Source: Botryllus schlosseri | Taxonomy: Eukaryota | Direction of reading: 5' to 3' | DNA length: 64,000 bases | Assembly: GCA_051294905.1 (NCBI GenBank) | Contig: CM119371.1 | Location: forward strand, 32,366,001 to 32,430,000 | In this document: one piece after another, positions 26,001-37,160 of the stretch | Position numbering within the stretch: position 1 is the first letter of the stretch | How the letters are laid out: every line of letters begins with the position of its first letter | The notes under the pieces: model-generated | What the model was told of the DNA's origin: nothing | The model's database searches: none | The model's input: the letters and a program-made list of their open reading frames with translations, nothing else | Made by a program: the position numbers and the translations under genes

Positions 26001-26880
26001 CCAATCTCCAGTCCAAGTATCAAGTAGATTCGTCAAGTAGTTTTCGAGTAGTGGCCGTGTAAAGTAGTAGTTTCAATGTAGTTTCAACGCCGTGAGTGCT
26101 ATCGAGTTCAATTTTGTATGGTTTAATACTCGTAGCAAGGCCAATCTCCAGTCCAAGTATCAAGTAGATTCGTCAAGTAGTTTTCGAGTGGTGGCCGTGT
26201 AAAGTAGTAGTTTCAATGTAGTTTCAACGTCGTGAGTGCTATCGAGTTCAATTTTGCAAGGTTTAATACTGGTAGCAAGGCCAATCTCCAGTCCAAGTAT
26301 CAAGTAGATTCGTCAAGTAGTTTTCGAGTGGTGGCCGTGTAAAGTAGTAGTTTCAATGTAGTTTCAACGTCGTGAGTGCTATCGAGTTCAATTTTGTATG
26401 GTTTAATACTCGTAGCAAGGCCAATCTCCAGTCCAAGTATCAAGTAGATTCGTCAAGTAGTTTTCGAGTGGTGGCCGTGTAAAGTAGTAGTTTCAATGTA
26501 GTTTCAACGTCGTGAGTGCTATCGAGTTCAATTTTGTATGGTTTAATACTCGTAGCAAGGCCTATCTCCAGTCCAAGTATCAAGTAGATTCGTCAAGTAG
26601 TTTTCGAGTGGTGGCCGTGTAAAGTAGTAGTTTCAATGTAGTTTCAACGTCGTGAGTGCTATCGAGTTCAATTTTGTATGGTTTAATACTCGTAGCAAGG
26701 CCAATCTCCAGTCCAAGTATCAAGTAGATTCGTCAAGTAGTTTTCGAGTGGTGGCCGTGTAAAGTAGTAGTTTCAATGTAGTTTCAACGTCGTGAGTGCT
26801 ATCGAATTCATTTTTGCATCGTTTAATACTCGTCGCAAGCCCAATCTTCAGTCCAAGTATCAAGTAATTTTGTCAAGTAA
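26001..26880 (+). repeat. 140-bp tandem array (6 near-identical units plus a partial one), continuing as degenerate related units at 26880-27251, 27852-28080 and 37535-38170
   Basis: The unit start CCAATCTCCAG (or a 1-nt variant) recurs at 26001, 26141, 26281, 26421, 26561, 26701, 26841. GTCCAAGTTTCAAG and GTGGCGCTAGAGAGTTGA motifs continue downstream. Confidence 0.95.
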
Positions 26881-27251
26881 CAAACATTTTATAGTAATTT
26901 TAATGTTTCGGGGATGCTTTTTGTCATGTTGTGGCGGCCCTAGAGAGATGATTTTCTCAACGAATAATACTGTCGGTAAGGCCTATAAACAGTCCAAGTT
27001 TCAAGTAGATTCGTCAAGCAACAAACATTTTATAGTATTATTAACGATTGCGAATGCTTTAAACCATGTTGTTGTGGCGCTAGAGAGTTGATTTTTTCAC
27101 AGATGGATACCGTAGGCAAGACCTATCATCAGTCCAAGTTTCAAGCATGTCCGTCAAGTAGAACAGAATATAGTTTTTTTGTGGCGCTAGAGAGTTGATA
27201 TTTTCATGCATGATTGTTCTTGGTGAGACAAATCATCACTCCAAGTTTCAA

Positions 27252-27851
27252 GAGAGAGAGAGAGAGAGAGTCTTTATTTTCATCGAACCAAAATACATAA
27301 CAAACGGCAGTGATGGTGGTACAGAAAATATGCGTGCACAGTATTCGGTATTAGATAGGAATGATCGATAAGACCGTGAAGGTCATCTAGTCTGATCACA
27401 CCAGCATCAAACAGGTACACTTGACTCAGAACAGTCTGGCTGTAAAAAAATGTTTAGTTAGGAAAGGAAAATTGAAAAAAATTAAACAATGGTAGCAAAT
27501 GATCAATGAAGCAATGTCTGGGCGAGGTAGGGCAACAGTGTTAGTGTAACGACAAGAGGTGATCAAGTAGGGCTTTTTTGAATCTATTATAAGGCAATTC
27601 ACGGATATGTGATGGTAATGCATTCCAGATGATAGGTCCCGAGTAGTCGATAGATCTCTTAGTTAGGTTGCTATTGGGTTGGGGTAAGTAGACGTTTCCT
27701 TTAGACGAAGATCTCGTGTAATGGGAATGGACATGTTTAGCAGGTATGAAAAAGTCATCAAACACAGGAGGGAGACTATTGGAAAAATATTTGTGAACAA
27801 CTTTTGATACTTCGAAGCGATACAGTTCATCAACTCGCAAAATTCGATGCT
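27252..27851 (-). mobile_element. 5'-truncated CR1/L2-like LINE 3' end with (TC)n tail
   Basis: ORF C-terminus HSHYTRS...RSIDYSGPIIWNALP...FKKAL, minus-strand AATAAA and (GA)n on the plus strand. The host CCAAGTTTCAA|GTGGATTCAAC is contiguous in the paralogue at ~37750. Confidence 0.85.
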
Positions 27852-28589
27852 GTGGATTCAACAAGTTTTGAAGGTGTTACAGCCATTTTTCGTTTTGACC
27901 ATGTTGTGGTGGGGCTAGAGAGTTGATTTTTTCAATTATGAATGCTCTCGGCATGACCTGTCTTCAGTTTAAATTTCAAGTGGATCGGACAAGTATTATA
28001 GAATCTAGGTTTCTGGTGGCGCTAGAGAGTTGATAATTTCATGGATGATTGCTCTCGGCAAGACCTATCATCAGTCCAAGCATAGTGTCCTATATGGTGT
28101 CGACACAAGCAAATCTCACGGTTCAATGAAATTGTATCACGTCACAATTTCCATTTGGCTACAGGCAATTTGACGGTTATTTTTGACCGGCTTGCCGAGC
28201 AATAAATTTGATGAATCGGGTATCAATCGAAAGCTAACTTTGCACTGATTACGAAAATATAAATTTTATTCCACTCATGGCCCTGGAACCCCCACAATCA
28301 GCCCCAAATTATTCATTGTTGAGTAGATTGGCAGTGTGACGCAACAATGCTGTCTGGCTAAACGAGAGAGAAACTCAAGAGGAAGGATGCGGCCGAGCGG
28401 TGAGAGTGGCATCAGCTGACGTCGCGGCAACAGCTATGTGCATTGTGCAATTATAGATAACTAACCTAGCTATACTTAGACGGAAGGATCTCTATAAGTT
28501 GAAGGATATTGCAGGAAAATTCGTAGGTCCCAAATACATTCTATGGACCCAGTTCTACCTTTAGAAATCAAGGAAAGGCTGGTAATGTG

Positions 28590-29046
28590 TGAAGTCGCGA
28601 TTTCAGACTTCAAGAGCCATAAACATCACGGTTCAATAAACCTTGTATGACCTTTGTGACGTAACTGTTATATAGTTCACTGCCGTTCAGTTTCGCCCTC
28701 GTTGCCTGCTTTGTATCAGTTGCTAATATTTCGACTATCAATCTTATTCAATCGTATTTACCTCGCAATTTTTATAGATCCTAAAATAATTATTATGAAT
28801 AGTCTGATTCGAAATTTGTAACTGTCCTCAAGGAAACACCGTCAAGTAAGTATATATTGATTTATCCGGTACTAAACAATTTGTGTTAATTCGCTGTGTA
28901 TTAATGCTTTCAGAAAACCGTTTTTCGTCTGTGTAAAATAAAATCCAACGAAGCAGGCAGAAACGCGTCATCTTGGGGTGTTGGATAGGACAGTTATATC
29001 TCTATTGTGTATACGTGGAAGATTCCACCCCTCTTTCGCGGTTACA
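28590..29046 (+). repeat. BEL 5' LTR
   Basis: TGAAGTCGCG...CGCGGTTACA; appears identical to the 3' LTR by eye. Confidence 0.95.
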
Positions 29047-29113
29047 TAAAGTTTTTTGACGGATCCATTCAACAAGTGCACCAATCAGCAAAGAAAACTC
29101 AGCTGTCAATGTC

Positions 29114-32100
29114 ATGGATTCCAACAACCAAACAAAAGATCCTGATCTGGATGTTACACAGAGATGCGAAGAAGACAACAAAGTCACCAAAACAAAAGAC
29201 AAACCAAAGTCTTCAAGGTCTCATGGTGCCAGATCAAAATCATCAGTTCAAACGAGATCCATGTCAAAGGCTTTAGAGCACAAATACTTGAAAGCAAAAA
29301 GTTCAAGCAAATCAAGTTCAAGTCATCGGTCATCAACAGGTACCGGTACTTCTACATCAAATCATTCAACTAAATCTCGCTATAGTGGAATGAACGTCGA
29401 AAATGTCGTAAATTATCATCAAAAACTGCAAGAAATATGCTCTGCACGAGCAAAACAGGATATTGAAGATATTCAGGCTTCATTGAACACTGAAATACAA
29501 TCAATTCAAAATCAAACTGCTTTGGCCCGAGCCAATCTACAAGAACAAAAAAAGAAGTTAGCAGAAGATCTACGAAAGAAACTAGACGAAGAAAAGAGGA
29601 AGTTGGAGGAAGAACAAAGGAAGTTGGAGGAAGAAGAACAAGAACTACAAAGACAACAAAATCAACAATGTGAAATGATTAAACAAAGGATGCAGCAAAA
29701 TGCTGACGAAACAGCTCGCCGTGTAAGACGAGAACATTTGCAAAATACATGTGAACTAGAACTAGAACTCACTAGACGTGGTGTATCAACGCAAAGTTCA
29801 CCTCAACTGACAGCGGAAGAACTGCAGCCATCTGAAAACAGGAGCCTGGCTCCTCAAGTAAGCAATGTTCCAGAACAACTACAGCAAGCAAGTGCTGCTA
29901 TTCAACCTACGAACAATGTAATAACTTCAACTGCTGAAGCGTCTACAAATGTCACTCCACTGATATCTTCAAATACTTCATATGCAGGTGTGGCTATTCC
30001 TTTTAATAGCTTGTCTCACAGCTCTCGCCAAATGTCTAATGTTGTAGGCCTAAGTGAGAATGTATGTGTGCGTGAAAGATCTAACAGTAATTGTGTGACT
30101 GCTCGTTTGGACGCATGCATTGCACCCAAAAATCAATCGCCTGTAATTGATGCCGAAAATAGTCGCCTTGTTGTAGCACCTCCCATGATTGATACACAAA
30201 TAACTACTAATTTGCCTAGTTCTTTTGCATCTGGTAGCGTACAACCCTTTGTGCCAGCTAATTCAAATCAAGCAGCTACAGCAGGCTGCACAGTTCAAAA
30301 TACTGCAAACTCTGATCTCAATGTAAAGCCTAACCAACCGCCTAACTTGATTCAATGTGAGAATCCGTATGTCATTCACCAGGTTAAACCCAGTGATCAA
30401 ATTGTCTCATTCAAGTTGGAACCAAAATGTTTTAGTGGCGACCCAATTGAATTTGATACATTCAAGGAAATGATAAATGCTACTTTGAATCGTCAACCAT
30501 GGTCGCAAAAGCAGAAGTTGATGCATCTTTTGCAATATACCCGTGGTATTGCCAATACTTTTGTTAAAGCTTGTGAAGATATGGAAAACTGCTTTGATGA
30601 AGCTCTTGCGGTATTGAAAGACAATTTTGGCCAACCGTTCCAAATAAGTGACCGCTACATAAACACTGTTATAAATGGCTCGAAACTTGTAGAAGGTGAC
30701 AACGATTCTCTGCTGTTATTTCACGCATCGTTAACTGCTTGTACCAATAAGTTGACCAAATTTGAAAGAATTCGTGATGTTTCACGCTCTATGGTTGAAC
30801 AAATTGCCGAGAGACTTCCCCCTTCCTGGCAGCCTGGTTGGAGAACCTTAGTGGCGGAGGTCACTTTTGACCTGAAAACCGAACTGACTGTTGAACATGT
30901 AAATAACTATGTTCGTCAGAAAATTAGAGAAATCACTAGTAAATATAACAACCCTAATCATGAAATATCCAAGAAGCAAGTTACGGGTGTATTCAAAGCT
31001 GGCAAGCCAAAGGCATCATTCAGCACACAAGTTGTGACTCCAACATTGGAACTTTGCTTCATGTGCAACGAAAAGCATTTCTTGAATCAATGTACCCAGT
31101 TCCGCAAAATGCAGTATCCTGATCGCATTGAATTCGCCAAAACCAAAGGGCTCTGCTTCAAGTGTCTAAAGTCGGGACACTTCGGAAAAGCATGCAAACG
31201 CATTCAAGCTTGTATAAGGCCTGGTTGCAAAGGCAATCATACAACACTTCTTCACCCACCTGAAGAAAAGATAAAAGAGGTTGCTAACAAAACCTTGGAT
31301 TCGGCAAATGAACAAATTGAAGGCCAAGGCAAAATTTCTGATTCAAAAGAAGCTACCTCTTTCTTCAGTGCTTCCTGCGATGACAATGAATATGATGATG
31401 ATGAATGTGTGACTTTGAATGTAGTTCTGGCAAGACTACGGATCGTTGGCACTGACAAGTACATCGTCACCTTGGCATTGATTGATAATGCAAGCAATTG
31501 TTCATTCATATCTGAAGAACTGGTGAAACTACTCGGTCTCGCTGGGCCCGAGCGAAACGTAACTTTCCAAACAATCGAACCATCTAAAAATACCAAGAGG
31601 TCAACCATTGTTCGTGGTTTAGAGATTTCTGATTACGAGGGATCAGAATACGTACCTCTGAAGTCACTGATATCTACAGAAAAAATCGCTCTGGACAACG
31701 ACCTTCGGCCAACACAAAGTGATGTACATCAATTTCAACAATTTGAAGACATTCCAATCCCAGATCTTTCTGGAGACATCGGTCTGCTGATTGGTAAAAA
31801 CAACCCCAAAATTCATAAGCCTCTGGAAACTATATATGGACCTGAGGATTACTTCGCAGTGAAAAGTGCCATCGGATGGATGTTTACATGCCCAAAACAA
31901 TCCGAACCTTTCAAACCTCACTCCTATTTCATTCAAACCAATCCAAACCCTTTGTGCAGGATGTGTCACGATGATGTCAATTCCATAGCAAATGACAAAA
32001 CTGAACTCTCTGTAAATGATAAACTATTTATGGAAAAGGTGTCATCGACAATCCTACTTGACTCGAACGGGCACTACCAAATGGAATTACCATTGAAACA

Positions 32101-35100
32101 TCCGGATTTAACACTGCCCGACAACAAACATCAAGCAAAACAAAGAATCAATTATCTGCAGAAAAGATTCCAAAAGGATCCAAAGTTCTTCGATGAATAC
32201 AAAGTTTTCATGTCTGACATGATCACAAATGGATATGCCGAGAAGGTTCACAATGATGGGCCAGTTGGTAAAACCTGGTACCTGAGCCATCACGGTGTGT
32301 ATCACCCTGAAAAGAAGACTATCCGCGTTGTTTTCGATGCATCTGCGAAATTCAATAACCTGGCGTTGAACGACCTTCTGTTACAGGGGCCAGACCTAAC
32401 AAACAACCTTGTTGGTGTTTTATCGCGCTTTCGCAGAAATGAAGTTGCGATCCAAGGTGACATTCGATCAATGTTCCACCAGGTTAAGGTTGATGAATCT
32501 GATAGAGACCTGTTACGCTTCCTGTGGTGGAAGGATAATGACCCAAACCAACAACTTGAAACGTACCGCATGACTGTGTTTTTATTTGGGACTGTGAGCA
32601 GCCCTAGCTGTGCCAACTTTGCTCTACGAACTGTCGCTGAAGACAACAAAAATGCCTATGACATTGATGTCATAAATGCGGTTCAAAAGAACTTCTACGT
32701 TGATGATTTTCTTGATTCCTGTGAGGATACTCCTGCTGCAATTCGTCGTGTGGAAGATGTCAGCTCTCTGCTAAGCAAAGGTGGATTTGAACTGACAAAA
32801 TGGGCAAGCAATTGCAGAGAAGTACTGGCAGCAATACCGGAATCAAACAGAGCCAAAAACCTGAAAAATATTGACTTGTTAACTGATGAGCTACCGATGG
32901 AGAAGACATTGGGGCTTGCCTGGAATATAGAAGATGATTCTTGGTGCTTCCGCGTCAAAGAAAAACACAAACCCTGTACCAGAAGAGGAATTCTGAGTAT
33001 CGTGAACTCAATTTTTGATCCGCTGGGAATGGCTCAAACTATAGTGCAACCAATGAAGGTATTGATGCAGCACTTACGCAAAAATAACTACAATTGGGAT
33101 GACCCGTTACCTGAAGAAGCCACGAAGATTTGGTACGACTGGTTATCTCAACTACAGAAGCTTGAAAACTTTACGATTCCAAGATGTTTCAAACCGTCAA
33201 AGTTTGGACAGGTGACAAGAATCGAACTTCACCACTTCTCAGATGCCTCCGAGTTGTGCTATGGTGCAGTATCTTATCTGAGATATCTGAATGATGCAGG
33301 TGAGATTCACTGTTCTTTTGTTTGTGGAAAAACAAGACTCGCCCCCATCAAAGGTTCTACCATTCCGAGAATGGAGTTGTGCGCTGCAACAATATCTGCC
33401 AGTAATAACAAATTTCTGCTAAAAGAGCTGGACCTGCCTATTGACGATTCATACTTCTGGACTGACAGCACAACTGTTTTGCGATATCTCACAAACAAAG
33501 ACAAAGCTTTCAAAACCTTTGTTGCGAACAGAATCAATATGATCAAAGAGTCTTCAGAATTATCGAACTGGAGGTATGTACCTTCAAAACAAAACCCTGC
33601 TGATATTGCTTCTCGGGGCCAGACTGTTTCTGAATTCTTGACTTGCGACATGTGGAAATTCGGTCCAGAATTCTTGTGGAAAGATTCTTCGGAGTGGCCT
33701 CAACAACCAACATTTCTAGAGGAGTTGTCTGGTGATGACCCAGAAATCAAAAAGCCAAACAAATTGTGTTTTCTTACAATTACCACTCCAAGTTCTGTTC
33801 TTGATGAACTCATCTCCAAGATCTCAAGCTGGACTCGACTGAAAAGGGTGCTGGCATGGGTTTTGCGCTTCAAAAGTAATCTTCTTGCCAAAGTGAGAAA
33901 CAAACAACCAAATGCAAAGCTGACAAACGAGGCATTGACTTTAACCGAAGTTAAAGCTGCCGAAGAAATGCTTATACGTCATGAGCAAACAAAGCACTTC
34001 TCTGAAGAAATAGAAAGACTGAAGACTGATGAACAAATCAAAAGATCTAGCCCGATCTACAAATTGCTGCCATTTCTGGATAATGGGACCCTCCGGGTTG
34101 GAGGCAGAAATCAAAATGCTCCTATTGGTTACGACTCAAAACATCCGATAATCATCCCAAAAAAGAGTCCAATTGCAGAATTGGTCATTCGAGATGCTCA
34201 TATTTCATGTGGCCACAGTGGCCGGGAATATGTTATTGCCCAAGTCAGAGAAAGATTTTGGGTTGTCACAATCAATTCCAAAGTACGATCCGTTCTGAAA
34301 AATTGTGTCTCATGTAGGAAACGTCAACGAAAACCAGAATCTCAACAAATGTCTGATCTACCATCTGATAGATTAACTCCGAATGACCCGCCGTTCCACG
34401 CAGCTGCGGTTGACTGTTTTGGTCCGTTTTTGGTAAAACGTGGTAGATCTGAGTTAAAACGATATGGCGTTTTGTTCACTTGCCTAACCACTCGCGCTGT
34501 CCATATTGAAATTGCGAATAGTTTGGACACTGATTCTTTCATTATGGCACTGCGTCGCTGCATTGCACGCCGTGGACAAATCAGTTTGATACGGTCAGAT
34601 AATGGCAGCAACTTCACATCAGGTGAGAAGGAGTTGAGACAAAACATTTTAACTTGGAATCAAACAAAAATACAAGATTTTTTGGTGCAAAAACAAATAA
34701 CTTGGTTGTTTCAGACCCCTTGTGCATCCAATCATGGTGGTGTATTTGAAAGACAAATTCGAACAGTGCGAAAGATTTTGGGTGCTTTGTGTGATGAACA
34801 AATGTTGTCTGATGAATCTCTATTAACATTGATGTGCGAATGTGAATCAATTATGAATAATCGCCCAATTTCAACTGTGTCTAGTGATCCACATGATTTG
34901 ACCCCAATAACCCCTAACAGTCTGTTGTTGTTGAAAGATAAACCCATGCTACCACCTGGTGTGTTCAATGTCAAAGATGTTTACTCTCGAAAAAGATGGA
35001 GACAAGTCCAGTACTTGGCTGATCTTTTTTGGACAAGGTGGAAGAAACAATACCTTCCACTACTTCAGATTCGCCAAAAATGGAATGAAAAGAAAAGAAA

Positions 35101-35293
35101 TATCACTGTAGGTGATGTTGTGCTTGTGTTGGATCAAAACCTACCTCGTAACATGTGGTTGCTAGAACGTGTGATTGAGACCCTACCTGACAAGTCTGGG
35201 TTGGTGAGAAGCGCGAGAGTGTTTACCAAAACGAATATTTTGAAACGACCCATAAACAAATTGGTGCTTCTCTGTGAAGCTCGTGACTGTTGA
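29114..35293 (+). CDS. BEL/Pao Gag-Pol polyprotein (coiled coil, Gag, 3 zinc knuckles, protease, RT, RNase H, integrase)
   Basis: 2059 aa. CFMCNEKHFLNQC, CFKCLKSGHFGKAC, CIRPGCKGNHTTLLH; ALIDNASNCSF; NFYVDD; HHFSDASELCYG; H..GH/CVSC; VDCFGP, SDNGSNF, GGVFER; BEL-type C-terminus. Confidence 0.97.
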   Translation: MDSNNQTKDPDLDVTQRCEEDNKVTKTKDKPKSSRSHGARSKSSVQTRSMSKALEHKYLKAKSSSKSSSSHRSSTGTGTSTSNHSTKSRYSGMNVENVVNYHQKLQEICSARAKQDIEDIQASLNTEIQSIQNQTALARANLQEQKKKLAEDLRKKLDEEKRKLEEEQRKLEEEEQELQRQQNQQCEMIKQRMQQNADETARRVRREHLQNTCELELELTRRGVSTQSSPQLTAEELQPSENRSLAPQVSNVPEQLQQASAAIQPTNNVITSTAEASTNVTPLISSNTSYAGVAIPFNSLSHSSRQMSNVVGLSENVCVRERSNSNCVTARLDACIAPKNQSPVIDAENSRLVVAPPMIDTQITTNLPSSFASGSVQPFVPANSNQAATAGCTVQNTANSDLNVKPNQPPNLIQCENPYVIHQVKPSDQIVSFKLEPKCFSGDPIEFDTFKEMINATLNRQPWSQKQKLMHLLQYTRGIANTFVKACEDMENCFDEALAVLKDNFGQPFQISDRYINTVINGSKLVEGDNDSLLLFHASLTACTNKLTKFERIRDVSRSMVEQIAERLPPSWQPGWRTLVAEVTFDLKTELTVEHVNNYVRQKIREITSKYNNPNHEISKKQVTGVFKAGKPKASFSTQVVTPTLELCFMCNEKHFLNQCTQFRKMQYPDRIEFAKTKGLCFKCLKSGHFGKACKRIQACIRPGCKGNHTTLLHPPEEKIKEVANKTLDSANEQIEGQGKISDSKEATSFFSASCDDNEYDDDECVTLNVVLARLRIVGTDKYIVTLALIDNASNCSFISEELVKLLGLAGPERNVTFQTIEPSKNTKRSTIVRGLEISDYEGSEYVPLKSLISTEKIALDNDLRPTQSDVHQFQQFEDIPIPDLSGDIGLLIGKNNPKIHKPLETIYGPEDYFAVKSAIGWMFTCPKQSEPFKPHSYFIQTNPNPLCRMCHDDVNSIANDKTELSVNDKLFMEKVSSTILLDSNGHYQMELPLKHPDLTLPDNKHQAKQRINYLQKRFQKDPKFFDEYKVFMSDMITNGYAEKVHNDGPVGKTWYLSHHGVYHPEKKTIRVVFDASAKFNNLALNDLLLQGPDLTNNLVGVLSRFRRNEVAIQGDIRSMFHQVKVDESDRDLLRFLWWKDNDPNQQLETYRMTVFLFGTVSSPSCANFALRTVAEDNKNAYDIDVINAVQKNFYVDDFLDSCEDTPAAIRRVEDVSSLLSKGGFELTKWASNCREVLAAIPESNRAKNLKNIDLLTDELPMEKTLGLAWNIEDDSWCFRVKEKHKPCTRRGILSIVNSIFDPLGMAQTIVQPMKVLMQHLRKNNYNWDDPLPEEATKIWYDWLSQLQKLENFTIPRCFKPSKFGQVTRIELHHFSDASELCYGAVSYLRYLNDAGEIHCSFVCGKTRLAPIKGSTIPRMELCAATISASNNKFLLKELDLPIDDSYFWTDSTTVLRYLTNKDKAFKTFVANRINMIKESSELSNWRYVPSKQNPADIASRGQTVSEFLTCDMWKFGPEFLWKDSSEWPQQPTFLEELSGDDPEIKKPNKLCFLTITTPSSVLDELISKISSWTRLKRVLAWVLRFKSNLLAKVRNKQPNAKLTNEALTLTEVKAAEEMLIRHEQTKHFSEEIERLKTDEQIKRSSPIYKLLPFLDNGTLRVGGRNQNAPIGYDSKHPIIIPKKSPIAELVIRDAHISCGHSGREYVIAQVRERFWVVTINSKVRSVLKNCVSCRKRQRKPESQQMSDLPSDRLTPNDPPFHAAAVDCFGPFLVKRGRSELKRYGVLFTCLTTRAVHIEIANSLDTDSFIMALRRCIARRGQISLIRSDNGSNFTSGEKELRQNILTWNQTKIQDFLVQKQITWLFQTPCASNHGGVFERQIRTVRKILGALCDEQMLSDESLLTLMCECESIMNNRPISTVSSDPHDLTPITPNSLLLLKDKPMLPPGVFNVKDVYSRKRWRQVQYLADLFWTRWKKQYLPLLQIRQKWNEKKRNITVGDVVLVLDQNLPRNMWLLERVIETLPDKSGLVRSARVFTKTNILKRPINKLVLLCEARDC

Positions 35294-35425
35294 GAGCTGA
35301 AACTTGTTACAGTTTTTTGAGTATTGTAACCTTTCGTTTCTTTGTGTTTTTATTGTGAATTTGCAGTTGTGTAAAAATTGCCAAACTTGCATAAATTCAA
35401 ATTTTCAATTTTTAAAGGGCCAGGA

Positions 35426-35882
35426 TGAAGTCGCGATTTCAGACTTCAAGAGCCATAAACATCACGGTTCAATAAACCTTGTATGACCTTTGTGACGTAA
35501 CTGTTATATAGTTCACTGCCGTTCAGTTTCGCCCTCGTTGCCTGCTTTGTATCAGTTGCTAATATTTCGACTATCAATCTTATTCAATCGTATTTACCTC
35601 GCAATTTTTATAGATCCTAAAATAATTATTATGAATAGTCTGATTCGAAATTTGTAACTGTCCTCAAGGAAACACCGTCAAGTAAGTATATATTGATTTA
35701 TCCGGTACTAAACAATTTGTGTTAATTCGCTGTGTATTAATGCTTTCAGAAAACCGTTTTTCGTCTGTGTAAAATAAAATCCAACGAAGCAGGCAGAAAC
35801 GCGTCATCTTGGGGTGTTGGATAGGACAGTTATATCTCTATTGTGTATACGTGGAAGATTCCACCCCTCTTTCGCGGTTACA
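35426..35882 (+). repeat. BEL 3' LTR
   Basis: Same 457-bp sequence as 28590-29046. Confidence 0.95.
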
Positions 35883-37160
35883 ATGTGTGCTCGCTTTCAG
35901 CGAAGCGCCTATAGAAAGTATCAACATCGCCACGCATCTCTGGAGCCCTACGCAACAAGCGGGCTGAGGTAATCGATATCATAATAATCTGACATATCCA
36001 ATGTAGACTACTTAGACGTAGCCTACATATCTCTATCAGCTGAAGGATATTGCGCGAAAATTGGTAGGGACCAAATACATTCTGTGGACCCAGTTCTACC
36101 TTTACAAATCAAGGAAAGGCTGGTAATGTGTGCTCGCTTTTAGCGAAGCGCCTATAGAATGTATCAACAGCGCCACGCATCTCTGGAGCCCTACGCAACA
36201 AGCGGGCTAAGGTAATCGATATCATAATAATCTGACATATCCAATGTAGACTACTTAGACGTAGCCTACTTATCTCTATCAGCTGAAGGATATTGCGCGA
36301 AAATTGGTAGGGACCAAATACATTCTGTGGACCCAGTTCTACCCTTACAGATCAAGGAAAGGCTGGTAATGTGTGCTCGCTTTTCGCGAAGCGCCTATAG
36401 AAAGTATCAACAGCGCCACGCATCTCTGGAGCCCTACGCAACAAGCGGGCTAAGGTAATCGATATCATAATAATCTGACATATCCAATGTAGACTACTTA
36501 GACGTAGCCTACATATCTCTATCAGCTGAAGGATATTGCGCCAAAATTGGTAGGGACCAAATACATTCTGTGGACCCAGTTCTACCTTTACAAATGAAGG
36601 AAAGGCTGGTAATGTGTGCTCGCTTTTAGCGAAGCGCCTATGGAAAGTATCAACAGCGACACGCTTCTCTGGAGCCCTACGCAACAAGCGGGCTAAGGTA
36701 ATCGATATCATAATTCATAATAATCTGACATATCCAATGTAGACTACTTAGACGTAGCCTACATATCTCTATCAGCTGAAGGATATTGCGCGAAAATTGG
36801 TAGGGACTAAATACATTCTGTGGACCCAGTTCTACCCTTACAAATCATAGAAAGGCTGGTAATGTGTGCTCGCTTTTAGCCAAGCGCCTATAGAAAGTAT
36901 CAACAGCGCCACGCGTCTCTGGAGCCCTACGCAACTAGCGGGCTAAGGCAATCGATATCATAATAATGTGACATATCCAATGTAGACAATTTAGACGTAG
37001 CCTAAATATCTCTATCAGTTGAAGGATAATGCGCGAAAATTGGTAGGGCCCTAATACATTCTGTGGACCCAGTTCTACCCTTAAAAGTCAAGGAAAGGCT
37101 GATAAGGCGTGCTCGCTTGTACCGAAGCAAATAGAAAAGTATCAACAGCGCAGCGTTTCT
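35883..37160 (+). repeat. ~243-bp tandem repeat inside the P-like element (first unit split by BEL, starting ~28500)
   Basis: AAGGAAAGGCTG-type anchor recurs at 36111, 36354, 36597, 36847, 37090. Confidence 0.92.

Larger units (their letters stand above)
28590..35882 (+). mobile_element. Intact BEL/Pao LTR retrotransposon
   Basis: 457-bp LTRs TG...CA, 5-bp TSD ATGTG (28585-28589, 35883-35887), purine tract AAAGGGCCAGGA before the 3' LTR, single uninterrupted gag-pol ORF. Confidence 0.97.

Noticed and set aside
26001..26880. 140-bp array as a tRNA/5S gene cluster or CRISPR
   Set aside because: No A/B boxes, cloverleaf, 5S similarity or unique spacers are visible.
30050..35392. Minus-strand ORFs within BEL (likewise within Gypsy pol, the LINEs and pogo)
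   Set aside because: They are antisense shadows of long coding frames with no motifs.
35293..35426. env-like gene in BEL or after Gypsy pol
   Set aside because: Only ~130 bp (BEL) and ~335 bp (Gypsy) separate the stop codon from the 3' LTR.
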